Source of the DNA: Trichoplax adhaerens
Lineage: Eukaryota > Animalia > Placozoa
Reading direction: 5' to 3'
DNA: 64,000 bases
Assembly: GCF_000150275.1 (NCBI RefSeq)
Contig: NW_002060943.1
Location: 186,001 to 250,000 of the forward strand
Of this stretch, positions 1 to 14,700 are shown one piece after another. The translations under genes and the position numbers were made by a program. How positions within the stretch are numbered: position 1 is the stretch's first letter; each line of letters begins with the position of its first letter. The notes beneath the pieces are model-generated. The model was not told the origin of the DNA, searched no databases, and worked only from the letters and a program-made list of their open reading frames with translations.

Positions 1-3000
1 CTATGACAAATATATTTTGCTGCTGGATTTTAACAGTCTGTATCCGACGATCATTCAAGAATTTAACATATGCCTCACTACAGTTGATCGTCATCATCTT
101 GCAGCGGATGAGAACAATGATAACGTATGCCTACATTTCTGTCACTTTTAATGTCAAAAGATTTCGTTGTAGCTACATAAATGAGGTCGAATGATTATCA
201 TGATCGATACTTGCTATAGGAGTTGGAATGTGAATATCCTAGTCCAGACTTAGAGCCTGGTGTTCTTCCGCTAATCCTGAAAGGACTTGTAGAGCGACGA
301 AGAGAGGTATTTGTACAGCATATCTTATTTTGGCTGATAGTTAAGCTGCTGTTAACATCTTATGTACAATTAAAATTATAAAGGTAAAAGGCTTAATGAA
401 AAGTTGCAAAGATGAATTGGCCTATAAACAAGTAAGTATAGCCTACTACTGGTAATACCGAAATATTTCGTTTTGGGAGTACGGCCACCTGTACTTAAGA
501 CTAATATTCCTCATTCATCGTCTTGTATTGCAGTATGACATTCGCCAAAAAGCTCTGAAATTAACGGCAAACAGGTACATCATTCATATGCCTGTTACAA
601 CTTAGAATTTAAATTAAGACGTACTCTAATGCTTATTATATTGCAGCTTGTATGGCTGTTTAGGATTTTCGAATTCGAGATTTTATGCAAAACCTTTAGC
701 CGCTTTGGTAACAAGTAAAGGAAGAGAGGTAGAAAACTATATTATTTATTTGTCATGCTTGCGTTTTAAAGCTAAAGATATTTTTGTTTTTCCAAGATTT
801 TAACTAAAGCTAAAGAATTGGTGGAAAATGTAAGATATAATAGTCAAACATATTAAATAATGAATATTTCCTTCGTCATATAAAATTACTTAAATCATGT
901 TTCTTTGAATTACAGCAAATGTTATTGGAAGTTATTTATGGTGATACCGATTCAATCATGATAAATACCAATTCAACTAACTTAGACGAAGCTTATAACC
1001 TTGGTCATAAAGTGAAAGCAGAAATTAACAAATCCCATAGACTTTTAGAAATAGACATTGACGGTGTCTTCAAATCTATGCTTTTGCTAAAGAAAAAGAA
1101 GTACGATATTTACTACAATATTTATACGAAAAGCTAGATATAACGAAACGATATATTAACTTAATATAATTTCATTTTACAAGGTACGCAGCTCTTGCAA
1201 TCCAAAAGAATGAAGACGGTAGGAAGTTGTTTTTCGATATCAAAATTTTTCTCTAATAGGCTATTTGATGTCATTTGATCATTACTTTTTATCTATAGGA
1301 ACTCTTTCCGAAGTTAAGGAACTGAAAGGCTTAGACATAGTCAGAAGAGATTGGTGTCAATTAGCAAAGGACGTTGGAAAGTAAACACTATGGATACATA
1401 AAATTTATAAATTTAAATCATTTGCTATAACAAGTTTAAAACTTTTCCAGCTACGCCCTATCACAAATTTTATCTTCGGATTCTCGTGAGAATATTGTCG
1501 ATAAAATTCATTCCTATCTCACTGAAGGTAATTTATTACTATCTTCCTGAAATAATAATTAAGTTAAAACGTTTGTTTATCTTGGAAGTTCTACTTTATT
1601 AGCCAGTAAAAACTAAATATTGATGAAAATTTTAAAATTTCGTTTTTGTTTTATAATTAGTTGGAGACGACGTCCGTTCCGGTCGCATCGACATAGATAA
1701 ATACGTTATTTTAAAAGTATGTCTTCATATTATACAGGAAGTTAGATATTCTGACTATGGTAAATGTCTATTTGCTTTAAAATTTTAATTCCTCTACTGC
1801 CAATACAGACTTTGTCGAAGTCGCCTAACGATTACCCTGATAAAAAGAGCTTACCTCATATTCATGTGGCGTTATGGATGCAAACTGAAAATCGTAGAGT
1901 GCAAATTGGTGATGCTGTTCCTTATGTAATTTGTGATGTAAGTGCTGCTACCAAATTATGCACGTATATATCCATGGAAAATAATTACTGGATGACAACA
2001 GTTAACTCCTATTGCAACTTAGGATGGATCGCAGTTAAATGTCGCCCAACGAGCCTTCCATCCTGACCAATTTCGCAGATCTGATTCCCTTAAGATTGGT
2101 ATGTGCTAAGAATTCTATTCTTGAAATTAAGCTATTATCAATAGTTATTCCGAATTCGAACAGATTCTATCCCTGCGATTTGTGAAATTATAGTAACTTC
2201 ATTTTTAATTTACACTTGTTGTATTTGTACCTTTCATGCAGATTTTAAGTATTATCTGGCATATCAAATACACCCCGTTGTTTCACGCCTATGTGATCCT
2301 ATAGAGGGTACAGATTCCGCTCGGATAGCTGACTGCTTAGGTATTATATTACGAATTTAAAAAAGTCTGTAGTAGCTGTTGCAAATGATTCTTTGTACTG
2401 AACAGTTTCTTATGTTTCGCTAGGTTTGGATGGCTCACAATACAAACATAAGAGCTATTCAGCAGAACAAAATGAATCTGATGCCATGCTTGGTGATATG
2501 CATATGAGCTTGGAAGAACAGTTTAAGGTTAATTTACAATATTAAGATTAATTGGGAATTCTTATTAATGATTAATTTCAATTCTACTATGTCACAGAAC
2601 GTGGAACCTCTAAAAATTAGTTGTCCGAAATGTAAGGTAACAGAAGATTTTGCCGGTGCATATAATAAGGTAAGGACCAAATACAATTTGTTATTTGCTG
2701 CTACGTTGTTATATCAATGATATTATCATCAAAAATAATTTACAGACTACGAAGCAATCGGGACTAGTATGTCCTCATTGCAACAGCAACTATAATGTTG
2801 TTACGATACAGAATAAAGTTGTCTCAGAAATCCGAAAATTTATTAAAACATATTACCAGGTTTGATTGTAATTATCAACCTATTATAATTCGATATATGT
2901 CAGAAGGCAGTATTAAACTGATGTGTATGCTATTAAATATTTTAGAATTGGATGCAATGTGATGATCCATCTTGTGATTATAAAATGCGGCAAGCTCCGT

Positions 3001-3465
3001 ATTTTATCTCTGGTCGTACTATTCGTTGTCCTGCATGCGAAAGGGGACATCTAACTCTAACGGTAAGATGCTACTGAATAAAAATGTTATCGAAGTTTTA
3101 CTCTTTTTATCTTGCCTAAAATTGATCATGTTACTATTAGTACTCTGAAAAATCTTTGTACAATCAAATTCTCTACTATCAACATTTATTCGATATCGAT
3201 CAGATTGAAAAGGGGATCCGTATAGGTAATCTATAGGAATTATAGGATATTCAGAAATGAAATTAAATCTTGTGTTAATAACTTACTGTCTTGAATCGGA
3301 TAATTTACTTTTACGTCTTTTGTTATTGATATAGATCAAAATATTAAAGCCGATTTTAAGAATTTGTATGGCACCGTCAACAAGATCATATCGCGCAATG
3401 GCTATTCAGAAATTAATCTCAGCAAGTTATTCCAACGATTATTTACTGGTCCAGCTAAGCGTTAA
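1..3465 (+). CDS. POLA1: DNA polymerase alpha catalytic subunit, 3' portion (multi-exon; 5' end lies outside the window)
   Basis: Spliced exons give family-B motifs [19 protein letters not shown] (from base 2), [45 protein letters not shown] and [20 protein letters not shown]. The C-terminal Zn-binding Cys pairs are CPKC/CPHC and CDDPSC/CPAC. The last exon ends [22 protein letters not shown], with TAA at 3463-3465. Introns are short GT-AG. Confidence 0.96.
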
Positions 3466-4399
3466 AAAAGTACCGCTAAAGGCTTCAATTGAGACCAAGC
3501 TAAATCTGATGAAAGTACTTTACTGTCTTGTCATGAATGTTGTTATTATATTATTATTACTAGTAGATCTGCCTGCATTATTGAAACGTGTTGATGTGGA
3601 TGGATATCATTTGGTATGCCGTGTAATCATTTGATTTCATACTGTAAAGTTTGAAAATTTTTATGTGTATCATCCATTTGACTTTAGGGGCAGGCTAGTA
3701 CATATTATATAGGATTATGTTTGATTTAATATGTATACTAAATATTACAAGTCTAATGTAATTACTTATACAAAACTGTGTGATAAGTCTATATGCAATA
3801 CGATATCAGTACGCTGGAATCCTTCAACAAGTACAGCATACATTCTATACTGTAGCTTAATAATGGGTGCATTGCAATTTGTTAACCTAGTCTAGATTGG
3901 CCACCTATGCAATTGAAATCAGAAGAGAATTCAGTTTGATCCGATAGCAACCTCCTACAAAACGATTATACTCGTCTAACCGGACACTGTAAACAGTGCT
4001 ATTTTCGGAGAGATGGAGCGCGAAAATCTGGATAGATCGAATCTACTACCTAGGATAATTTACATCATTGTCATTGACTTCTAAATTATCTATAAAAACA
4101 TTACGCAGTCATTGCCGAAATAGATAATACCATATATCCTGGTATCACACGCCTAGCATAGCTGTAGTCTACATACAGTGCTACTGTATGTAAGGCAAAT
4201 TAACATTCCAAGCTATTGCAAATAAATCATTTTAGAGAGCGAAACAGTACCAAGACCTGCATGCTGCATTAGTTCACAGAAAGGTTACTCAAGACCTCCA
4301 AGATTTTACTCTAACTCCAGGTGTTTTGCTGAAACGGCTTAGCCCGTCAGACTTGGTATCCATTGCAGTTGGTACCAAGCTAGAGCTTCGAAGAACTTT

Positions 4400-4972
4400 G
4401 CTACGATTGAAAGTTTTTTTCCACCTTATGCTGAAATAGCTCAGCTAGAAGCACTTGTTAGAGCATACTGTCGTTCTCAAGTCATTTAGTAAACACTGAG
4501 TGTTCACTTGTTTCTGAAATAGCTCAGTTATTAGGCGTATCGTAGTTATTAGAACGTACTCAGTAGCGTTTAGTACTAAAGTTACAGCAAACTTCCTTAA
4601 TTCAAGATTGAAAGTTCTTCTTCATCTGTTGCTGCAACAACTTAACCGATCAACAATTTCAATTGGTGCAGAGCATCCAACTTTTAGCAAGACGGAGACA
4701 GCTCGGCTAATAGTACTGATTAATGATTTCGAACTAGAATGGACTCAGTAGCGTGCAGCACTCATTTTCAGTCAACTTTCTTCAAGATTGAAAGTTTTTT
4801 TCATCTGCTGCTATAGCTAAACAGATAATAACATCATTCTTCTTTGGTGAAGAGCATCCTCGTTGCAGTAAACTTTTAGTAAGACTGAGACAGCTCAGCA
4901 AATGGTCCTTGTAAATTATAACTAGAATCCACTCAGTAACATGTAGTACTAAAGTTTCAGTAAACTTCATCT
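4400..4972. repeat. Degenerate tandem repeat, ~180-190 bp unit, about 3 copies
   Basis: Recurring blocks gattgaaagtt (about 4405, 4606, 4786), ga(a/g)a(t/c)agctc(a/g)g and actcagta(g/a)c appear in the same order in each copy. Confidence 0.7.
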
Positions 4973-5029
4973 AATTTTTAAAAATGGGAAAATCGATACA
5001 GATTCTCTTCCATTTCACTGACATTTGTA

Positions 5030-5150
5030 ATATACTGTACAGCGGCCGAGGAGGACCGACATGTTGCAATCAACCACGTTAGCATGACCGTAATAAGGTC
5101 AAAGCAAAGGCCGCGCGGTTGAGTGTACACAGTACAGTGTCACGTGTAAA
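5030..5150 (+). promoter_or_regulatory. Putative IPO5 promoter with E-box GTCACGTG and TACTGTAC-type motifs
   Basis: A GC/CpG-richer patch ~550 bp upstream of the ATG. GTCACGTG is at 5139-5146; tactgtacag and gtgtacacagtacagtg lie nearby. Confidence 0.5.
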
Positions 5151-5704
5151 ATCCATGATATCGTATTTGCGATGGCGTGGGAGATATTCTATTTCGTGTA
5201 CAACAACATTATGCCATACAAGCCAACAATATCACCACCCCAGCGGCATTCTTCCATATTCATACACTATCAGGGACTACGAAAAGGAAAGAAATTTCTA
5301 GTTTTTAGCAGTCTATGATCAATTTGAAGTGACCACTGAATGGAATCTCAAAGCTATCCTATAACTATACAAGGATCCATTCCTGAGTAAAACGAATGTC
5401 ATCATTTTGTAGTACTCTGTAGGCCAATGACAGACATAACCTACTTCATCCACTACAGACCATACAACACTGGTCAAAAGTGTGTACGACGTGTTCCGGT
5501 ACGGTACCATACAGTCCAGTCGCAGTGAAAGTCTACTGGGAGTCTGTCGTCGAAGCATGACACCTCAAGACCACAGTGTGGTCTAGAGTCTGTAAGCAAC
5601 CAAACTTTGGCGCCAAAGTCAACGCTTGCGTAGTACTAAAGCACTCGTCCACACTAGAAGATCCCTCATACCCGGCAACCCAGGCTGCAGGTCGTTCTTC
5701 CAAA

Positions 5705-8700
5705 ATGGAGTACAACAAGTCTTTTGACGATCTCCTAAGCAATTTAATGCTAGCTGACAATGATATTAGAAATGCTGCTGAGGTTTGTCTTATTATCTAG
5801 TACAATTCTATCTTAAGATATTGAATAACTCTGTAAATTTGGACCCAAAATCAAAACCCATTTAAAGTATCTAGCTTGCCATTTCTGTCTACAATTTTGG
5901 GATCCGCTGATTGTACTCTACCTCTTACTTACCATGCAGTATAATATCCAGTATGTTGTAGTCCACCTCGCTAGGGACAGTACGGACAATCTGTACATCA
6001 AATCGTCTTGATTTAATAACGTATGATATCTAACAATGAATGATCTTGGGACATTTTTATACTATTCGATCTGTATGGAGCTTTTGGATGATTCAATCCC
6101 GCTCGATCTACTTACAACATACTAGTTGATGAAGCGTGTAAAATCTTTCTTGGTCACTGGAAAGAGTTAACGCCTGCATTGAGTCAGTCAGAATCCCCAC
6201 TAGGATCCAAGCTCATGGAAGAGAATTCTGAACTTGGCGCGTTCTTTCTTCCCACTTGACTCATCGTTCCACCAAGTAGAACGGATTTCAAATTTCAATC
6301 TGTTTTTTCTATCCTCTTTTATTAGCGATCGTTACTCTCGATTACTAGGCATAAAATGGACTGCAGATTAATTTCTTCATCAATGAAGCGATATCAGAAT
6401 ATAGAATCCCACGCCTCAACACTCATGCTGCGGTAGTACTGCTATCCGATTGTTGTACAGTAGGATATAAATGTGGACTTAAAAGAGAGTAGGGAAAAAA
6501 TAGAGAACATACATGGTTTTACTACTTGTTAACAACACACCGATTATCGCAATCGTCCTACTCTTCATCTGATACCACTGACTAAACTCCGTCGGATCAA
6601 GTCCGAAATACGTCTATCGATGAAAAGTCCATACCCATACATCCTACAATGTCGACAATAATGAGCGAACTTGCCTTGACTACAGATTGTCCGGAAGTTG
6701 ATATAATATCGTACAGTATTGCAAATCTTGCATTGAATACTTTTTTCTACTCCATATTGTAATGCATACCAATTCATCCAGTCTTGGTAAAATCTGCAAT
6801 ATACTAATCGCAAGGATCAATCAAGCAAAGTGTGATATCGTGCTAGAACTACTTTTCCAACTAATTTATTCTGTATGTTCTTTACCCTTAAAATGAAATT
6901 TCGCGCGAGTTGCTTATTATTTTAATGAGAATGGAGACCCTAGCAGTACGGTAACGCTGACCCCTGTGTCTGATACATACGTGACGCATAGTCATGATGG
7001 TATCGAGCCATCAATTGACCGTTTGTTACACCCAATGTCGACGATTTCACACGCCCCTCTTGTCCACGACTAGGTAGTATTATGGTAGTACTATAGCATG
7101 GTGATAGAGTCCAGGGAGGACTTCAACGCTCTGTCCTACTCCCCTAAAAAGGATGTCAAAACTCTCATCTTCAAAATAAAGAAGAGAAAATAGTAGTAAG
7201 TGTACGATCGGTGACTTAATATCATTTTGATGGGAAAGGAAGATTTGAGTAGCTCGTAGTAAATCATTTCATGCATCTTCACTACAGTACACTGTATCGA
7301 TTGGGAAGACTGTCTTCACCATAGCTTGCATAGAAAAGATTGATATTTCTATTGTAAGAAATTGAGTGCTTGATAGTGTTTTTCACTATAATTTTACTTT
7401 CTCCATATTGTATTTACCCATCGCACTAGACCTAAATTTAGTCCATTGAAGAAAATAAGATTTAATCGACTATTAATTAATCTGAAGCATTGACAAAAGC
7501 CAATCCATTTCTTGTCTGATTCACAAGGCATGCTAGCTACGGACATGCGGACTGAACAGAAATTCGGTACTGTACTAACTTGCAATCATTTTCCAAAATA
7601 GCCAACTGAGACACCAGTTATATTCATGGCTAGAATAAATATACTTACTGATGCACAAAACTGGCTGCTAGATGATTGCTAGTATATCGATAACGTTATC
7701 CTATCGACCTGTTCTATAACTTGCTATTCAAACTTGGCGATGTTTAGTTCTTACAAAATAAAAGACAGCACATCACAGTAGCCAAGACTACAGGGGAAAT
7801 GGGGATTTTTAACACTTTATGCTAAAATGAATATTAAATATTACTTGTAGAATATGGCAAAATCGAATCCCTGTAATGAAACATCTCTTGACACCAGGCA
7901 GAGATCGCTTTTTGCAACAAGTTATTCACTATTCAAAATTATATATTATTTATAGAGATGCATCCCTACTAAACAGGAAATACTCCTATTCATACCATCG
8001 TTATTGTAACTGGCATTTTAATAATCATTAATACGAGTCACTGCAAATTTTCCGATCGTGGCCACATATTCTGTATACCCCCATTTCTAGCGATGCACAG
8101 GTTGGATACTGTTGATCCATACATCAAAACTATAAATTAATTAACGGACCATACAGCAGGGGTAGAGCGTGGATGTGCACGTAATACCTATCGATTGCAA
8201 CCGCTTGATTAAAGACTAACATACTTTTTGCATGTTTTCATTTTTGAACAGCAACAATATTCCAATTTTCCATTCTCTACAAAATTGCCTATGCTAATTC
8301 AATCCATACGAAATTCTCCAAACATCGAGGTAAAGATCTCTAGTAATATAGTATCAAAATAGAAATTCCTTAACTAAATACACGTATGGTTGAAAAGTAG
8401 TAATAGACATTATTACTTTGTCAGCTCAACGTAGTATGACAACCAATATTTTTCAAAGCTATTATCACTTATTTTATAAATCTAATTACTAATTATATTG
8501 TTATAGAATCGACAATTAGCTGCCGTCCTTTTTAGAAAAGTTTTAAATGACAAGAACGATGAATATAGAAAATTAGATGAGTCTTCTCAGCAATACTGCA
8601 AGACGGAATTATTAACAGCACTTCAAAGCGAAGAAAGCGATTTAGTGAGACGAAAAGTCTGTGATGCTGTCGCCGAATTAGCTCGACTTTATGTTGGTTA

Positions 8701-11700
8701 GTAAATCTACGTATAGGCTATTTTTCTGTGCTTAAATGAAATTACAAATTATCCTTTTATACGTTGAATTTTATTAATTACAGATGAGTTAATATTATGA
8801 CGTGCGAAATGGTAGTAATTAATTAATTACTTGATAATTTAGTCACCTTACGCGTGATGTTAAAATCTCTTAAAATAGCACTTGCACACTAACATTCCCT
8901 CTACTCAAAACCATTGGCTCTCTATATCTATTATAAAGTCATTCTACTTGTAGTATACGATAAAAAATAAAGCAGTTAACCTGTTCTACAGTATTGATAC
9001 ACTACATGCAATACTCATATTGAACACACCTATTGTAGCCTAACTCATTTGAAAGAGTACGCTCTGATACCATACTAGACTATAGATCGACCTTAACTTA
9101 TTGCATGCCCACGGAAGGTTTCAATAACTAAAAAAATTGCCAAGATCACTGCTCTCACTCAAGCAATACAACGAAGCTGAAATATTCTTGCTTGATAAAA
9201 TAATAAAAGTGATAGAGAGTAACTGTATCTCTTGGCTTGAATCTGTAGTTTTGAAGCGAGTAAATAATTACAATCAACAATCGCTCGATAGAAAATGCTT
9301 AATTTTGAAGACGTAGACCAAAAAAAGCTAAATGTAATGATTTTAACATTCATAGCTTTCTCTTAGACGGTTATTCCTCCTGATAATTTATCCCTACTGA
9401 GTATCACCGAGCGATATTTTATTACAGATATAATTATTACGCAATTTTAAATTCTAATATTTTTATATAAGCATACCGCTATGGCTTGTAAAAATTGTGC
9501 TACTATGATACAGTTTAATACCTAATATTATGAATATTCAGAAATTTTCCATTTTGTGATAACTAGACGACGACAACCAAAACCTATGGCCTGAAATACT
9601 GCAATTTTTGTTTCAATTTGCTAACTCTCCAAATTTATCTCATAAGGAAGTTGCCTTACAAATCTTTCGGTAAATGTGATTTTATTAGTGTTTGTAATTA
9701 GTGTTTAGGTTAATATTTTTTGCTCAAAGTATTCAGATATGGCACGCCTGCTGTATTTACTAATACTAATGATAAAAACGTAGGATAAAAGTTTGGTTTC
9801 ATATAATTTTTACACACGGCTACCATCTATTAATCAACAAGGACATATAGACTTTGTAAAATAGATTTCGATGCTGTCTCTTATATTATTTATTGATACT
9901 AAACTCTTTCCGGTATTAATGCCTGATTTTATTCTATTATCATAGTAACTTCCCAACGATATTTGGTAATCAACAAACTCACTATTTAGAAGTCATTAAA
10001 AGAATGCTATTTCAGTGTATGTCAGATACAACCAATCACAAGGTTAGTTTAATAGCTAGCGATCTTTCTCATGTGCAACATTTAAAGTTATTCACAATGA
10101 TCTCATTGCTGTTAAGTTTTTTTGGTTAATAAACTTATCCAATTCTATAGATGTACTCATAGACTAAATGTTAACCATGGTATTTATTAATAAATACTAT
10201 ACAATATCAATTGTTCAATTGTTATCGCAGATTGCATATTTAGCTGTCGATGCCACTACTGCGTTTTTAATGGTAAATGATAACGATCAACTACGTAGAC
10301 ATTTTCAAGATATGGTACCACCGATACTAACGGTAATTCTAGAATGGTTCTTAGATTTTACGTAATCTGCTGTATAAGTAACGTTATCATTTTGATTACT
10401 TTCTATCACAGGTCGTTCAAATGTGTCTAGCTAAAACCGACGATGACAGTCCGTTAAAAAATTTAATCGAAATTGCTGAAGCAATACCGAAAATAATCAG
10501 GCCTCATTTGAATGACTTAGCTGTTGAATTAATAAAGGTACAGACTTTATCTACTGATTTCATCAGAGTTGAATAACTGGAATTATGAATTCGAATTATA
10601 TAAATATTACGCTTGTTATAGAATATCAGCAATTCGCAAGCAGAAAGCAACTATAGACAATTATCTCTGGAAGTATTAGTGACTTTAGCTGAATCAGGTA
10701 GATACATCACAGCAATACTTTTTTGCTCGTACAACAGTTTGTTATCATCAGAGTACTAAATAGTTTACTTTCATTTATTGCATACATTTTTTTTTACAGC
10801 CCCAGCTATGATGAGAAAACACGGACAAATTATTATACAATTGAGTAAGTAATTCTATTTCTTTTCTTAATTCTACAAGATGTAAAATTGCAATCGCACG
10901 CAATAATTAACGATTTAAAATCTGCACTAAAACCTCTATACCTAATATTTTTATCTGATAGTACCCCAGTGTTTGTCAATGATGATAGATCTGGAGGATG
11001 ATCCTGAATGGAGTGCTTGGGATAATAGTGATGATCCGGAAGATTCTGACAGGTAAGCCTTATTACTGTTAAATTTCTTTACAATGTCAATAGAAAATTT
11101 CGCTTACGTCTTGTTTGCTAAAAATGGAATAGCAACCCTATCGTGGCTGAATTTGCTCTCGATCGTTTAGCTATGGCACTTGGTGGTAAAGCCATTTTAC
11201 CTCATATTGTCAGTGTTGTACCACAAATGTTGCAAAATGGTGAGTAGTTACTGATGTAGCAATTATTTGGCCAACTTATACTAACGCTATAAAATATCAC
11301 TTACGTTACATAGGAGATTGGCGATATAAGTATGCTGGATTAATGGCTATATCGGCTGTTGCGGATGGATGCCAGAAACAAATGATGCAACTTTTAACCA
11401 ATGTAGTCATGACAATACTTCCGTTTTTAAAAGATGAGGTTAGCATTTGTACTGCTTTATTATCCAATATCATGTAAGATTTATAAATTGACGCAAATCT
11501 CAAATCAAATATAATCTAGCATCCTCGTGTCCGCTACGCTGCCTGCAACGCGATTGGACAAATGTCAACTGATTTCGCAGAATACTTCCAAAAAAAATTT
11601 CATGATAAGGTATCAACAAATTTGTTACATTTATCTTGTTTTGATTATATATATATTTATTGTACCCGATATGAAAAATTTTTTAATACTATTATGATAT

Positions 11701-14700
11701 TTTAGGTCCTTCCGCAATTGCTGGATCTCATGGATGATATCGCAAATCCTCGTGTACAAGCTCACGCATGTGCTGCGCTCTATCATTTTTGTGACGATTG
11801 CCCATCCCATATCCTGAAAATTTATCTGGAGCCAATAGCTATCAAGTTAAAAGCATTATTACAATCAAAGCTTCAGGAGGTATCTGATTTATTGATCTAC
11901 GGTATATAAATGTTCTGTCAACTTAAATTTTCCCAGTACATAACGTTATACGTATCTTTAATTATGTAGCTAATGCAGCAAGGTACTAAAAATGTCCTGG
12001 AACAAGCGATTACGGCAATATCTACCGTAGCACAGAGAGCTGAAGGGAACTTTTTACCTTACTATGATCACTTCATGCCTAGTCTAAAGTTCATAATACA
12101 AAGTGCTACTACTCCTGAATATCGTTTACTGCGTGGTAAAACTATTGAATGTGTCAGCTTTATTGGCTTAGCTGTTGGTACCGATAAGGTACATTCTTGT
12201 TCTCAAATTTAAACAAACTAATACACCTTCTCACTACCTTTATCATTTCAAATATCAAAATTCTAAATAATTTACAAATTTTTGAATTGTTATGTAGTTC
12301 CTGTATGATGCCAATGATGTTATGCAGTTACTTCTCAAAACACAAACTGGTGATATCGAAATGACAGATGATGATCCACAGGTTAGTAATATAGTATTGG
12401 CCTTGCTCGGATAATCGCGTTTTTCATAAATTTTAAGTATTTTATTCAAACCCATAATTAAAATAGGTTTCATATATGATGACGGCTTGGGCTCGAATTT
12501 GCAAGATACTTGGAAAGCAATTTGTCCAGTACCTACCAGTTGTAATGCCGCCTTTAATAAAAGCTGCTTCTGCCAAGCCTGAAGTTGCAATATTTGATGG
12601 TTAGTTGAATATGCGTAAAACCGTTCAGTCTTAGTGATGCTTGGAATTTACAATTACTATATCAATTATTAATTACAGAAGACGATGAAAAAGCTCAAGA
12701 CGACGGATGGGAATTTGTAAAAATTGGGGAGCAGGTACACAATTTAATAACTTTTAATATTACATCTGATATCAACTATTCAAAATTTTAATTTTATTAT
12801 TACCGATTAATTTAGCAAAAGTTTGGAATAAAAACCGCTGGCCTCGATGATAAGGGAACAGCCTGTCAGATGTTGGTATGCTATGCCAAAGAATTAAAAG
12901 ATGGATTTGTTGATTACGTGGAAGAGGTTAGTAGCATGTAACAATGTAGATACTATGCATAAATTAGCACTATAGTAAAATAAAATTGACCGCTCTCCTT
13001 GATAGGTTACAAAGATAATGGTCCCGCTTATGAAATTTTACCTGCATGAAGATATCCTAATACTATTTCTTATAAAACTGATTTATTATTATAATAAATG
13101 TAATCTTCTACACTAATTTGATCCTTAACAAAGGACACGTGTTAGAGGTGCAGCTATAGAATCATTACCTTACCTCATTGAAAGCGCTAAATTTAAAGGT
13201 ACTTGATTACGATTACTTAAAGGATCCTTATAATTATTTTCAATGAGAGCTAGAAATAATGCTTAAACTACCACATTACAGGTGGTCTTGTAACGCAAAT
13301 ATGGCAGTTTGTGTTGGAAGAGATTTTTCAGGCTATTAAAATGGAACCTGAACCTGAAATGCTAGCCAATGTATTAGACTCTTTTGCTAAGGTTGGTATA
13401 GGAACTGTTATAGTCTAGATTATATATAATTATAAATATCGTGACGCGAGCTATCATTAATGCATCTATCTTTCACTTCGTTAGTGTATCGAATCATTAG
13501 GAAAAGGATGTGTAAACGGCAAAGATATGGAAAAGCTGACAGAGATTATACATGAACAAATCAAGAAATTGCAGACTAATGCTCAATTGCGACAAGGTAG
13601 ACTTTATTGATGATGTCTTCGAATTGCCTTCAAGTTATGCATTTTAATCTTTATTCATCACAGAATTACGCGGCGATGAGGACTATGATGAAGAAGTTGA
13701 AGAAAATCTTCAAGAAGAGGTAGCAGATAATATTCAAAATTAGAGTAAATTCAAGGCGGTACTAAATAATAATATTTCTAATGTTATTTGTATTTGATAG
13801 AACGAATGTGACTCGGAAGTACTTGGAAAGGTGAACGATTACATTACTTTTAAATTATTCCTATCAAAGGATTAAAATTTCTTAACAAGTATTTTCTTTG
13901 CTGTACTAGGTTACAGATCTAATTCATGTACTGTTTAAAACTTACGGTCAAGAATTCTTACCAGTTTTCGACAAGTTATTGCCGGACTTTGCTGGTTTAA
14001 TTGTACGTATGCATTTGTTAGGATTTTGGCAGTTACGTTAAGATCAGCTAAATCAGACCATAAAATTGTAAATCTAAATTCTGATTTACTTCCCTAGACG
14101 CCTGATCGAAACTGGCAGGAGAGGCAGTGGGCGATTTGCGCATTTGATGACTTGATTGAATATACTGGAAATGTAGAAGCCTTTANNNNNNNNNNNNNNN
14201 NNNNNNNNNNNNNNNNNNNNNNNNNNNNNNNNNNNGTATATTGCGTAATTACAGTTTAATTATTCCTATACATAGCTTGACTGACCTTGTACTTTAATAA
14301 TTATTATCAATTAGGCCTCTTTTGCTTATCACGGATATTTCTTGGAACAGTATATTAATAGTATTACTGATGTTCATTGTGAAATTCGACAGGTAAAAGC
14401 CAATTTAGTGTATTTACATTTTTTCAGCTTTATTTTAATAAATTATTTGATATTTTATGTAGTCGGCGTCATATGGCTGCGGCATTATCGCACAATTTGG
14501 AGGGGAAGAATATTCTAAGTTTATACCAGGTCTACTTAAATTTGTATTTCATGCTGATTATTCTAATCAATTTAATTTCAAGCTACGACTAAATATATGC
14601 CGCATGGTGACTCATTTTAAAGTTGTCTATAAATAAATTATTCATGTTTTTCCCTTAGAATTTGTTCCACCTTTACTTAAAGTTATTACCGATGCATCAG

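Noticed and set aside
6565-6813. Minus-strand ORF in IPO5 intron 1 with two CxxC pairs (possible nested Zn-ribbon gene)
   Set aside because: It starts at TTG, is short, and has no recognisable family or supporting exons; plausibly chance.
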